From: an uncultured Candidatus Saccharibacteria bacterium
Lineage (GTDB): Bacteria > Patescibacteriota > Saccharimonadia > Saccharimonadales > CALMSM01
Assembly: GCA_937872425.1 (NCBI GenBank)
Contig: CALMSM010000149.1
Coordinates: forward strand, 1-55,191
Direction of reading: 5' to 3'
DNA: 55,191 bases
Shown here: piece by piece, positions 44,576 through 50,721 of the stretch
Position numbering within the stretch: the stretch's first letter is position 1
How the letters are laid out: each line of letters starts with the position of its first letter
Made by a program: the position numbers and the translations under genes
Notes under the pieces: model-generated
Seen by the model: only the letters and a program-made list of their open reading frames with translations
Database searches by the model: none
Told to the model about the DNA's origin: nothing

Positions 44576-44769
44576 TTCTTTACCTGGTAGGGCCGATACA
44601 CAATGTTTACCCACCATGCCCCGTGAACGTTTTCGTCTTTCTCTGCAAAAATGTGATGTACCGCCTCCTCACCAATGCGCTCAACAAACTCACTGGCCTG
44701 CAGTAGTGCCGCCGCCAGATCTCCGTTGCTGTAGCACTGTTCCATGTCGATAATTTTTTCGTTTTTCAT
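44572..44769 (-). CDS. Hypothetical protein (65 aa)
   Basis: ATGA coupling on both sides. Confidence 0.4.
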   Translation of the reverse strand: MKNEKIIDMEQCYSNGDLAAALLQASEFVERIGEEAVHHIFAEKDENVHGAWWVNIVYRPYQVKK

Positions 44770-45023
44770 GCGTACACCCTATCCCCATTCTCGGCATACG
44801 GGGCAGCGTTGGTTTTGACCAACATGGCGCTATCACGGCGCGTGCTGTCTTCCCGGCGCTTGACTTCCTCCAAAATCGCCTCGGCTGATTTAGCATGGAT
44901 TGCGAACTGCTCGCCAAACCCAACCTCACACTGGCATTGCGCCCAGATGATGCGGGCGTGGGCGTTGAATAACTCGACAAAAGATAATTCACTTAACAGC
45001 TTAGTTCTAATAATTGTGTTCAT
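44766..45023 (-). CDS. Hypothetical protein (85 aa)
   Basis: Operon context only. Confidence 0.4.
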   Translation of the reverse strand: MNTIIRTKLLSELSFVELFNAHARIIWAQCQCEVGFGEQFAIHAKSAEAILEEVKRREDSTRRDSAMLVKTNAAPYAENGDRVYA

Positions 45024-45071
45024 AGTTGATTGTGCCGGTTTGCCACCCGCCGGCTAGGGCTAAACTTACAA

Positions 45072-45236
45072 TTACATCCCCACGTAATCGGACCGATTCC
45101 ATGCTGGCTGTACATCGCTGTAATCGCCTGTCCACATCGGCGTAACCCTGAGCAGCCCCAGGATGATCATGACCACCTGTAGGCCACTCCAATAACGCGT
45201 GTTGACTGGCTCTCGAACTTCTGATACAATATTCAT
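45072..45236 (-). CDS. 54-aa membrane peptide (internal start of listed ORF)
   Basis: GGGAGGA RBS ahead of MNIVSEV, with one hydrophobic segment. Confidence 0.35.
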   Translation of the reverse strand: MNIVSEVREPVNTRYWSGLQVVMIILGLLRVTPMWTGDYSDVQPAWNRSDYVGM

Positions 45237-45300
45237 GTTAGTTCCTCCCATCTGAATGGCCTGGCCGGTGTTCACTGCACTGACCAGGCTTCTTGTTTTA
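45237..45300 (-). promoter_or_regulatory. Leader element copy: A-rich tract, hairpin, CCATTCA, RBS
   Basis: Minus-strand reading is AAGAAGCCTGG...GTGAAC...CCAGGCCATTCAGATGGGAGGA. Confidence 0.45.
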
Positions 45301-45549
45301 TTATCGATTCCAGAATGTTTGCCCGGTGAATTCAACCTTACGCAGCCCATCTGCGTAAATTGTTGCCTTGACGCCATCAGCGCGATACTCTGCGCATCCT
45401 GGCATCCGCCTTGTGATTACATCAGCCACCACAAGGCGAGTTTTCATTTCCGAATGCAGAGAAACTAATTCGACAGCATTTAGCACCGTCATGCCTAGTG
45501 GCGCAACATACGTCTCGCCAATGATAAGGTTCTGTATTTTCTTGCTCAT
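45301..45549 (-). CDS. Hypothetical protein (82 aa)
   Basis: GAGGAGA RBS upstream. Confidence 0.45.
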   Translation of the reverse strand: MSKKIQNLIIGETYVAPLGMTVLNAVELVSLHSEMKTRLVVADVITRRMPGCAEYRADGVKATIYADGLRKVEFTGQTFWNR

Positions 45550-45619
45550 GATTCCCGTCTCCTCTTTTGAATGGCCTGACCAACGTTCACAGCGAAGGTC
45601 AGGCTTCTTTTTTATACTG
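45550..45619 (-). promoter_or_regulatory. Leader element copy: A-rich tract, hairpin, CCATTCA, RBS
   Basis: Minus-strand reading is AAGAAGCCTGACC...GTGAAC...GGTCAGGCCATTCAAAAGAGGAGA. Confidence 0.45.
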
Positions 45620-45835
45620 CTAATTTACTTTTGCTGTACCAACCTCGATAGCCTTGAGTAACGTAACCATCGAGACATTCATTTGATTGTCCTGATTTGG
45701 CGTCAGCAATTGGCCTTTCTTGCCAAATTTAGCTAACCACACCTGACCATCATTCCATATCTTCATAATCTTCCATGCCCCGTTACCCCTAACCAGTTGG
45801 CTATTAAAGGTTACTGTTTGATTTACGGTTAGCAT
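45620..45835 (-). CDS. First gene of leftward early operon (71 aa)
   Basis: AGGAGA RBS, downstream of the 45885-45913 promoter. Confidence 0.45.
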   Translation of the reverse strand: MLTVNQTVTFNSQLVRGNGAWKIMKIWNDGQVWLAKFGKKGQLLTPNQDNQMNVSMVTLLKAIEVGTAKVN

Positions 45836-45884
45836 GATTGTTTCTCTCCTGTTTCACTTTTTGTTACTGCGCTTTGATAAATCC

Positions 45885-45913
45885 AGTATAATACAAATCT
45901 TGCCATTTGTCAA
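45885..45913 (-). promoter_or_regulatory. Leftward consensus promoter TTGACA-17-TATACT (PL-like)
   Basis: Reverse complement of 45908-45913 is TTGACA and of 45885-45890 is TATACT, with a 17-nt spacer. Confidence 0.7.
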
Positions 45914-46051
45914 GGGGCAATTTCGATATTTTAGAAAATTCATAAAAACAAAATCCCTCATTGCATGAAAATTGCCTGAAGGATTTTTTACCATTATGCG
46001 ATTAAATATTAGTCCGCTATTTACAGCGAACTAAACTGCGTAAGGATTTTT

Positions 46052-46165
46052 ATGGACGAAGAAGAAAATACCGAAGTTGACGAGACCGGTGATGAACTCG
46101 ATATTGACGATTTGGATTTAGAGCAACTGGAAGAATTGCCAACGCCCCCAGAGGGTGAGCATTAA
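46052..46165 (+). CDS. 37-aa extremely acidic micro-ORF, not in ORF track
   Basis: MDEEENTEVDETGDELDIDDLDLEQLEELPTPPEGEH has 18 D/E residues and no K/R. AAGGA lies 6 nt upstream, and its stop overlaps the repressor stop. Confidence 0.35.
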   Translation: MDEEENTEVDETGDELDIDDLDLEQLEELPTPPEGEH

Positions 46166-46644
46166 AAAAGCTTGACTCCATTATCAAGCTCCCATTTTTC
46201 TAGCCCATCCTCGCTCAGTTGTTGCCCATATTCTAATAGGCGCCGCTTTTCACGTTCGATTGCATCTGTCGCCATATCTGCGATTTTAGGCAGATGACGA
46301 ACGATTGTGCGTCTTTCTGGCTTGCCCAGCGCCAGAAGATATTTTGCCGCCTCCTCAACCTCTGGAGGGTAGGCCACGCGCTGCCCTGAATCGTCAACCC
46401 ATTGCGGCTTGTCAGCACCGGGGGCGCATAGCAGATAATCCACAGTGACCTTGAAAAATTGAGCCAGCATGACGGCATTTTCGACGCTTGGTTCAATCGT
46501 GCCCAATTCCCACGCGCACAACGTTGTGTTGCCAATTTCAAATGGTAACTTTTCCACTAACTGAATTTGCGTAAGGCCCAAGCGCTTACGCAAGCCCTTG
46601 ATCCTTTTCCCGCTTCTAATTGCTCTTGTCTCATTTTCTACCAT
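46162..46644 (-). CDS. XRE-family HTH repressor (CI-like position)
   Basis: LRKRLGLTQIQLVEKL...AWELG HTH_3 motif. ATG 46644 has a GAGGA RBS; the listed TTG start at 46674 lies inside the rightward promoter. Confidence 0.75.
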   Translation of the reverse strand: MVENETRAIRSGKRIKGLRKRLGLTQIQLVEKLPFEIGNTTLCAWELGTIEPSVENAVMLAQFFKVTVDYLLCAPGADKPQWVDDSGQRVAYPPEVEEAAKYLLALGKPERRTIVRHLPKIADMATDAIEREKRRLLEYGQQLSEDGLEKWELDNGVKLF

Positions 46645-46667
46645 TTCTGTATCCTCGAAATTCGCTA

Positions 46668-46695
46668 TTGACAAAAGTAAAAAATTGAGTATAAT
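46668..46695 (+). promoter_or_regulatory. Rightward promoter TTGACA-16-TATAAT (PR-like)
   Basis: TTGACA at 46668-46673 and TATAAT at 46690-46695. Confidence 0.65.
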
Positions 46696-46711
46696 TTCAT
46701 ATTATAGCAAT

Positions 46712-46942
46712 ATGAGGAAAATGCAAAATATGAGCGCATCATTTTCGAGTGATAACTTAAAAAAATTGATGGAAGAAAAAAATCTGAGTTTAGGTCAGCT
46801 AAGTCGGGATACCGGCATTTCTGTGCCAATGCTCAGTAGGATGCGCGGCGGCGAGCGCTGCAAACGGCCATCCTATAATACGCTGCAAAAGTTGTCGGTG
46901 GCGCTCGCTGTGTCAGTAGAACATCTGTACAATCAAAACTAA
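46712..46942 (+). CDS. Cro-like XRE-family HTH protein
   Basis: The LSLGQLSRDTGISVPMLSRMRGGE HTH motif. The start is ambiguous among ATG 46712, 46721 and 46730. Confidence 0.65.
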   Translation: MRKMQNMSASFSSDNLKKLMEEKNLSLGQLSRDTGISVPMLSRMRGGERCKRPSYNTLQKLSVALAVSVEHLYNQN

Positions 46943-47166
46943 CAATCTAGGGCGCTCTGCAACCGGCTTTCTCTTTCCTTTCGCCGGGGCTTGCCAGCAC
47001 TATCGAGGTGTCAACGCTGCTCATGGCGGCGATGGGAGCTAGAGGAGCGCCAGTATACCTGGGCGCTAGTTGTTTAGAGTAGGTGTAGAGTAGCCGGATG
47101 ATGCTAGCCTATCGCCGGTGAGGGTGCGCACGGATTTGGCCTAGGCCATCGCCCAGGGACATATAT

Positions 47167-47239
47167 GGCAGTGTAGCTCAAATGGATAGAGCACCAGATT
47201 GACTGGAGCGTGTTGGTTCGACTCCAACTATTGCCACCA
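47167..47239 (+). tRNA. tRNA-like gene with encoded CCA but a truncated anticodon arm (central triplet UUG)
   Basis: Has a 7-bp acceptor stem, U8, a GCTC/GAGC D stem with a GG loop, a GTTGG/CCAAC T stem with a TTCGACT loop, discriminator A and CCA. The anticodon arm is only 13 nt (CCAG-ATTGA-CTGG). Confidence 0.5.
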
Positions 47240-47318
47240 TAACCTGTACGGCTAAATGTGTGCAGTTTCTCTCAGGGGAATAGCGGGCGGCGGGGCCTGA
47301 GTAACCCGCCGCAATACA

Positions 47319-48227
47319 GTGAGGATGATCTATGCGTACAGCGACCATGTCAGTGGTGGTGGATTGGTAGATGTTGGCATGATCCAGGCCGACCATACGC
47401 CGACGTGGGCCGTAGAGTTTAATCAGTCCATCGCTGACGTGTACCGGCGCAACGTAGGTGATCACATCATTGTGGCCGACGTTGCCGATGTGGATTATGC
47501 CGCATTGCCGAGTGTGGACTGGCTGCACGCGTCGCCATCCTGTATTAATGCCAGCCATGCAAAAGTGGATAATGGTGAGGCTGGATCAGACATCCATAGC
47601 GCCCATGCAGTAGTACGTGCATTAAGAGCGCAGCGCCCCCGCTTTTTTACATTGGAGAATGTTTGGGAGTATCGCAATTTTCAGGCATTCAGATTGATTC
47701 TAAATGCCGTGGCCGATATGGGCTACATGTACGATTTCAATCATGTCAACATGGCAAATTATGGCGTGCCTCAAAATCGCTGGCGATTATTCCTGGTGGC
47801 ATCGAGGGGACTACTGCCGACAATCCCGAAATCAAAGCCGGTAGGCTGGTTGGCGGCAATTGAGGATTTGGCGCCTGGGCTGAAAGAATCCACGTTTCCG
47901 GCTTGGCAGATCGCGAAATTAGCGGGGAACAAAAAGCGAGAATTTGTGATCAACGGGGCTAATGCGAGTTCAAAGTTTTCATTCCCCATCGTTGCGCCTG
48001 GCGCGCCGATCTTCACAATCACGTCGAATTTCGGAAAAATTGCAACCAGGATGCAGATCGGTGGGAAGATACGCATGGCGTCGCCTCGATGCTATGCCCG
48101 CTGGCAGACCATGCCGGACAGTTACGCGCTACCGTCCGATAAAAAACTGGCCTGCACAATCATAGGTAATGGTGTTCCCTGCGAGTTTGTCCGTAGGGTA
48201 GGTGTAAGTTTTAACGAGGCAACATGA
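47319..48227 (+). CDS. DNA (cytosine-5)-methyltransferase
   Basis: SGGG (motif I-like), SPSC (motif IV, PC), TLENV (VI), QNRWR (VIII) and GNGVP (X). Confidence 0.85.
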   Translation: MRMIYAYSDHVSGGGLVDVGMIQADHTPTWAVEFNQSIADVYRRNVGDHIIVADVADVDYAALPSVDWLHASPSCINASHAKVDNGEAGSDIHSAHAVVRALRAQRPRFFTLENVWEYRNFQAFRLILNAVADMGYMYDFNHVNMANYGVPQNRWRLFLVASRGLLPTIPKSKPVGWLAAIEDLAPGLKESTFPAWQIAKLAGNKKREFVINGANASSKFSFPIVAPGAPIFTITSNFGKIATRMQIGGKIRMASPRCYARWQTMPDSYALPSDKKLACTIIGNGVPCEFVRRVGVSFNEAT

Positions 48228-48433
48228 AGCGCAAATTTATTCCACTACCGGACACCGACGCCACCAGCATTACTCCTGTAATAATCGCCGGTGAATTGCC
48301 GATCGCGTGGCGCAACAGGCACGGATTTATTGTGGTTGAGCGCTGCTATAGTGGCGCATCTGCGCGATGGACGGTTGAGCACCGCGAAAATGTGCTGTCA
48401 AAACGATTCAATTTCGCCAGTGACGCACAATGA
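48224..48433 (+). CDS. Hypothetical protein (69 aa)
   Basis: ATGA coupling on both sides. Confidence 0.4.
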   Translation: MKRKFIPLPDTDATSITPVIIAGELPIAWRNRHGFIVVERCYSGASARWTVEHRENVLSKRFNFASDAQ

Positions 48434-49038
48434 ACTACGAGCGCATCATATCCGCACGCAAGAGCGATTCGCACACCAGGAAGGTGCATGTGGTTGCCAA
48501 GTGCGCACCACTGACGCTATGTGGAAAAAGCGCCGTTCAGCGCCACTGGCGAGCGGCAAATGATGCCGATAGCGTCCACTGCGTAAATTGCCAACGGTTG
48601 CTGAAGAAAATCACCGGTGGTACGCCTAGCGCACCGCTAAAGGTTGTCAGACTTGAGTTGACACCGACAGAATACAAAATGATTGCGCTGATGAAAACGG
48701 GTGTACCCACGTTTGAAATTGATAAAATAATGGGTTGGAAGCGCGGGTGTACATCCTTCCTGCGCACCATCGGCAAGCGAAACGGCATTACAACGCCAGA
48801 ATTACGAACCATGCTGGCTTATATCCAACCCATAGACCCGGCATCAAAAAAAGGTTACAAGCCAACTGTATGGCGTTACGCTGGGCGCTATGCCGCGGTG
48901 CTTAGCCGTAAGGAGAATGGTAAGCGCAAAATAAAACAAATAGGCATGTATGACACCGAGGCTGAAGCAATAGAGGCGGGACGTAAAGCCAAGCGTGACG
49001 GTATTTACGTACCTGGACAGGGGCTTGTGAAATTTTAA
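48430..49038 (+). CDS. DNA-binding protein with LuxR/sigma-r4-like HTH and C-terminal AP2-like domain
   Basis: LTPTEYKMIALMKTGVPTFEIDKIMG, then WRYAGRYAAVL...KIKQIGMYDTEAEAIEAGRKA. Confidence 0.5.
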   Translation: MNYERIISARKSDSHTRKVHVVAKCAPLTLCGKSAVQRHWRAANDADSVHCVNCQRLLKKITGGTPSAPLKVVRLELTPTEYKMIALMKTGVPTFEIDKIMGWKRGCTSFLRTIGKRNGITTPELRTMLAYIQPIDPASKKGYKPTVWRYAGRYAAVLSRKENGKRKIKQIGMYDTEAEAIEAGRKAKRDGIYVPGQGLVKF

Positions 49039-49143
49039 AATGCTCAATTTAAATAACTATTGCATCACCACTAGCCAGACCACAAGCCATCGCAATGGCC
49101 TTCGTGACCTCTGCGTGTTGGAGAAGTTTTGCGGGAAGAAACC

Positions 49144-49503
49144 ATGAATACACCACCAACCATCACAGTTGCCTGGTCACCAGACGATAACTGTTACATT
49201 GCCAGGCACAACGAACACCGCTACCTATCAGGGCATGGCGACACGCCACTGAAAGCACACGGCGAGTTGACGATAGCGATTAGGGCGAGCGACAAGATAA
49301 AGGCTATGAGCAACGTCAAACACACCGTTACCTGTCTGCATCTAAATAGTGACATCTACGTCGTTGGCTATCTCATCAGCAGCGATAGTGACAGGGTGAT
49401 TATAGCTCAAACGGTAGACAGAGATGGCAAGACGACGGACGATGTAGTAATACCACGCCAGGCCATCGTCCAGCGCTATGACATTCCCGTTACGTGGTGG
49501 TAA
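49144..49503 (+). CDS. Hypothetical protein (119 aa from ATG 49144)
   Basis: The listed ORF starts at TTG 49129; the ATG has a GGGAAG RBS-like stretch upstream. Confidence 0.4.
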   Translation: MNTPPTITVAWSPDDNCYIARHNEHRYLSGHGDTPLKAHGELTIAIRASDKIKAMSNVKHTVTCLHLNSDIYVVGYLISSDSDRVIIAQTVDRDGKTTDDVVIPRQAIVQRYDIPVTWW

Positions 49504-49507
49504 TCGT

Positions 49508-49579
49508 GCCGGGTGTGGTGTAACGACAGCACGCACGGCGCATAGTCGTGAGGATGGGGTTTGACTCCCTCGCCCGGCA
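49508..49579 (+). tRNA. tRNA-like gene, anticodon CAU, non-canonical (G33, U at T-loop position 56, 3-nt acceptor-D connector, no CCA)
   Basis: Acceptor GCCGGGT/GCCCGGC, D stem GTGT/GCAC, anticodon stem CACGG/TCGTG with loop CGCATAG, and T stem (T)GGGG/CCCT(C) with loop TTTGACT. Confidence 0.4.
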
Positions 49580-49617
49580 ATATTAGTAATGTGCCTTCTC
49601 GCGTAGAATCATTTTTG

Positions 49618-49821
49618 TCAAGCCGGTGGATTTTGCCGGTTGAAATTTACAGTTTGGGGAGTATTGTAATCCTTTGCCCGTTGAAGGATGACGGCGATCT
49701 GAGAGTTCAACGATCTTTGTTCTCTCTGAGCTTGCTCTCTCAGCCATTCATGCAATGTGGCATCTAGCCTAAGCGTAATCGGGATGGTATTGATAGTATA
49801 GGGTGTTCTCTCTCGTTTCAT
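49618..49821 (-). CDS. Arc/CopG-type ribbon-helix-helix protein (67 aa; C-terminal part of listed 178-aa ORF)
   Basis: MKRERTPYTINTIPITLRLDATLHEWLREQAQREQRSLNSQIAVILQRA. The upstream part of the listed ORF overlaps the non-coding unit. Confidence 0.6.
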   Translation of the reverse strand: MKRERTPYTINTIPITLRLDATLHEWLREQAQREQRSLNSQIAVILQRAKDYNTPQTVNFNRQNPPA

Positions 49822-49873
49822 GGGTTTGCTCCAGATCGTATATGAATCGTACGGAAACTCTAACAAAACTATA

Positions 49874-49902
49874 TTGACACCATAGCGCAACCGTGCTATA
49901 CT
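49874..49902 (+). promoter_or_regulatory. Consensus promoter TTGACA-17-TATACT driving a non-coding unit
   Basis: TTGACA at 49874-49879 and TATACT at 49897-49902. Confidence 0.7.
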
Positions 49903-49908
49903 GTTTTC

Positions 49909-50413
49909 AGTTCTTAATGGTTGCAATAATACACTACATAGAAGCTGTAACGCAAACCTTGAGGACTCAGTAATTAAAAATGCATACTGCCTGATTCGTG
50001 ACGAACGTGACACACTCATGAGACGTTGCTGAACAGCTAGACGGTCAGGCGGTAGCAGAAATGACTTTTGGCAGTACAGCGACCCGAAACGGTGCAGGAT
50101 CGCTACCGAATCAAAAATCGGAGAACTGGCTGTACGCGATGGCACTGCCGCCAACTGTCAATAAATGCTACTTTCTGATACGTGACGACGTTGGGGCGTG
50201 ATCAGCCCGCAGTCCCGTACTTTGGACGGTCAGGCGGTAGCAGAATAGAATCGCTAGAACTGTGGTAGGGACTGGCGAGGATTAACAATTAGTAGGTATG
50301 CATACAGTAATACGAATCCCGTCTTACTGGGGGCGAATCAAGCACAGCTACCACCTGTGAATGCCTACTAAATCTTGATTCGCAGTCCCCAGTAGTACGG
50401 GATTTATTTTTTT
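49909..50413 (+). ncRNA. Candidate roughly 500-nt structured non-coding RNA of unknown class
   Basis: Bounded by a consensus promoter and a very long terminator hairpin, with no RBS-supported ORF. It contains an internal duplicated module with conserved boxes at 49991-50004 / 50175-50188 and 50040-50060 / 50225-50245. Confidence 0.5.
50315..50413 (+). terminator. Very long interrupted hairpin (about 28 bp) followed by TTTATTTTTTT
   Basis: 50315-50342 pairs with 50374-50404, with one 3-nt bulge and one mismatch. Confidence 0.75.
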
Positions 50414-50457
50414 GGAGGTGAAATTGCATAGATTTTGGCGGATGGCTTGCTGGGAAG

Positions 50458-50529
50458 TGGCGTAAAGTTTGATGGTAAAACGCTGGCCTTGCACGCCAGA
50501 GACCGCTGGTTCGATTCCAGCTACGCTCC
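50458..50529 (+). tRNA. tRNA-Ala(UGC)-like gene with canonical core but A8 and a mismatched first acceptor pair
   Basis: D stem GTTT/AAAC with a GG loop, anticodon stem CTGGC/GCCAG with loop CTTGCAC, variable loop AGACC, and T stem GCTGG/CCAGC with loop TTCGATT. The acceptor TGGCGTA/TACGCTC pairs at 6 of 7 positions. Confidence 0.55.
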
Positions 50530-50721
50530 AGAGGGGCGCAATCCCCTAGCCGAAAAACCCGCCAGTTTAGTTTTACCCTAGCCTCTATATCTTTCGATGT
50601 AGGGGACGGGGTGCAACTAAGGCACCAAAAAAACCCGAAAGATTCCCACAGAATCAATCGGGCCAACCAAATGTTTTGTTCGAGTGCAGTATACAAGATA
50701 TTCAAGAAAGAGGATAATTTT

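Noticed and set aside
45256-45613. The two hairpin + T-run elements read on the plus strand as ordinary terminators
   Set aside because: No plus-strand genes or promoters feed into this region. The conserved CCATTCA and RBS spacing only make sense on the minus (sense) strand. Antisense termination cannot be excluded, however.
46943-47318. tRNA-like gene plus nearby GC-rich palindromes (for example TGGCCTAGGCCA) as a phage attachment site
   Set aside because: No integrase or excisionase gene is nearby or anywhere in the window. The element contains a full-length cloverleaf rather than only a tRNA 3' segment.
49822-50154. N-terminal 111 codons of listed ORF 49618-50154, and the whole of listed ORF 50289-50705 (minus strand)
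   Set aside because: Both overlap the promoter, duplicated boxes, terminator hairpin and tRNA-like gene of the non-coding locus. They have no RBS, and only the RHH-like C-terminal 67 codons have protein-like sequence.
50040-50245. The two identical 21-nt boxes as a CRISPR array or type III toxin-antitoxin RNA repeats
   Set aside because: There are only two copies, about 185 nt apart, with no regular repeat-spacer periodicity. No cas gene or toxin gene is adjacent.
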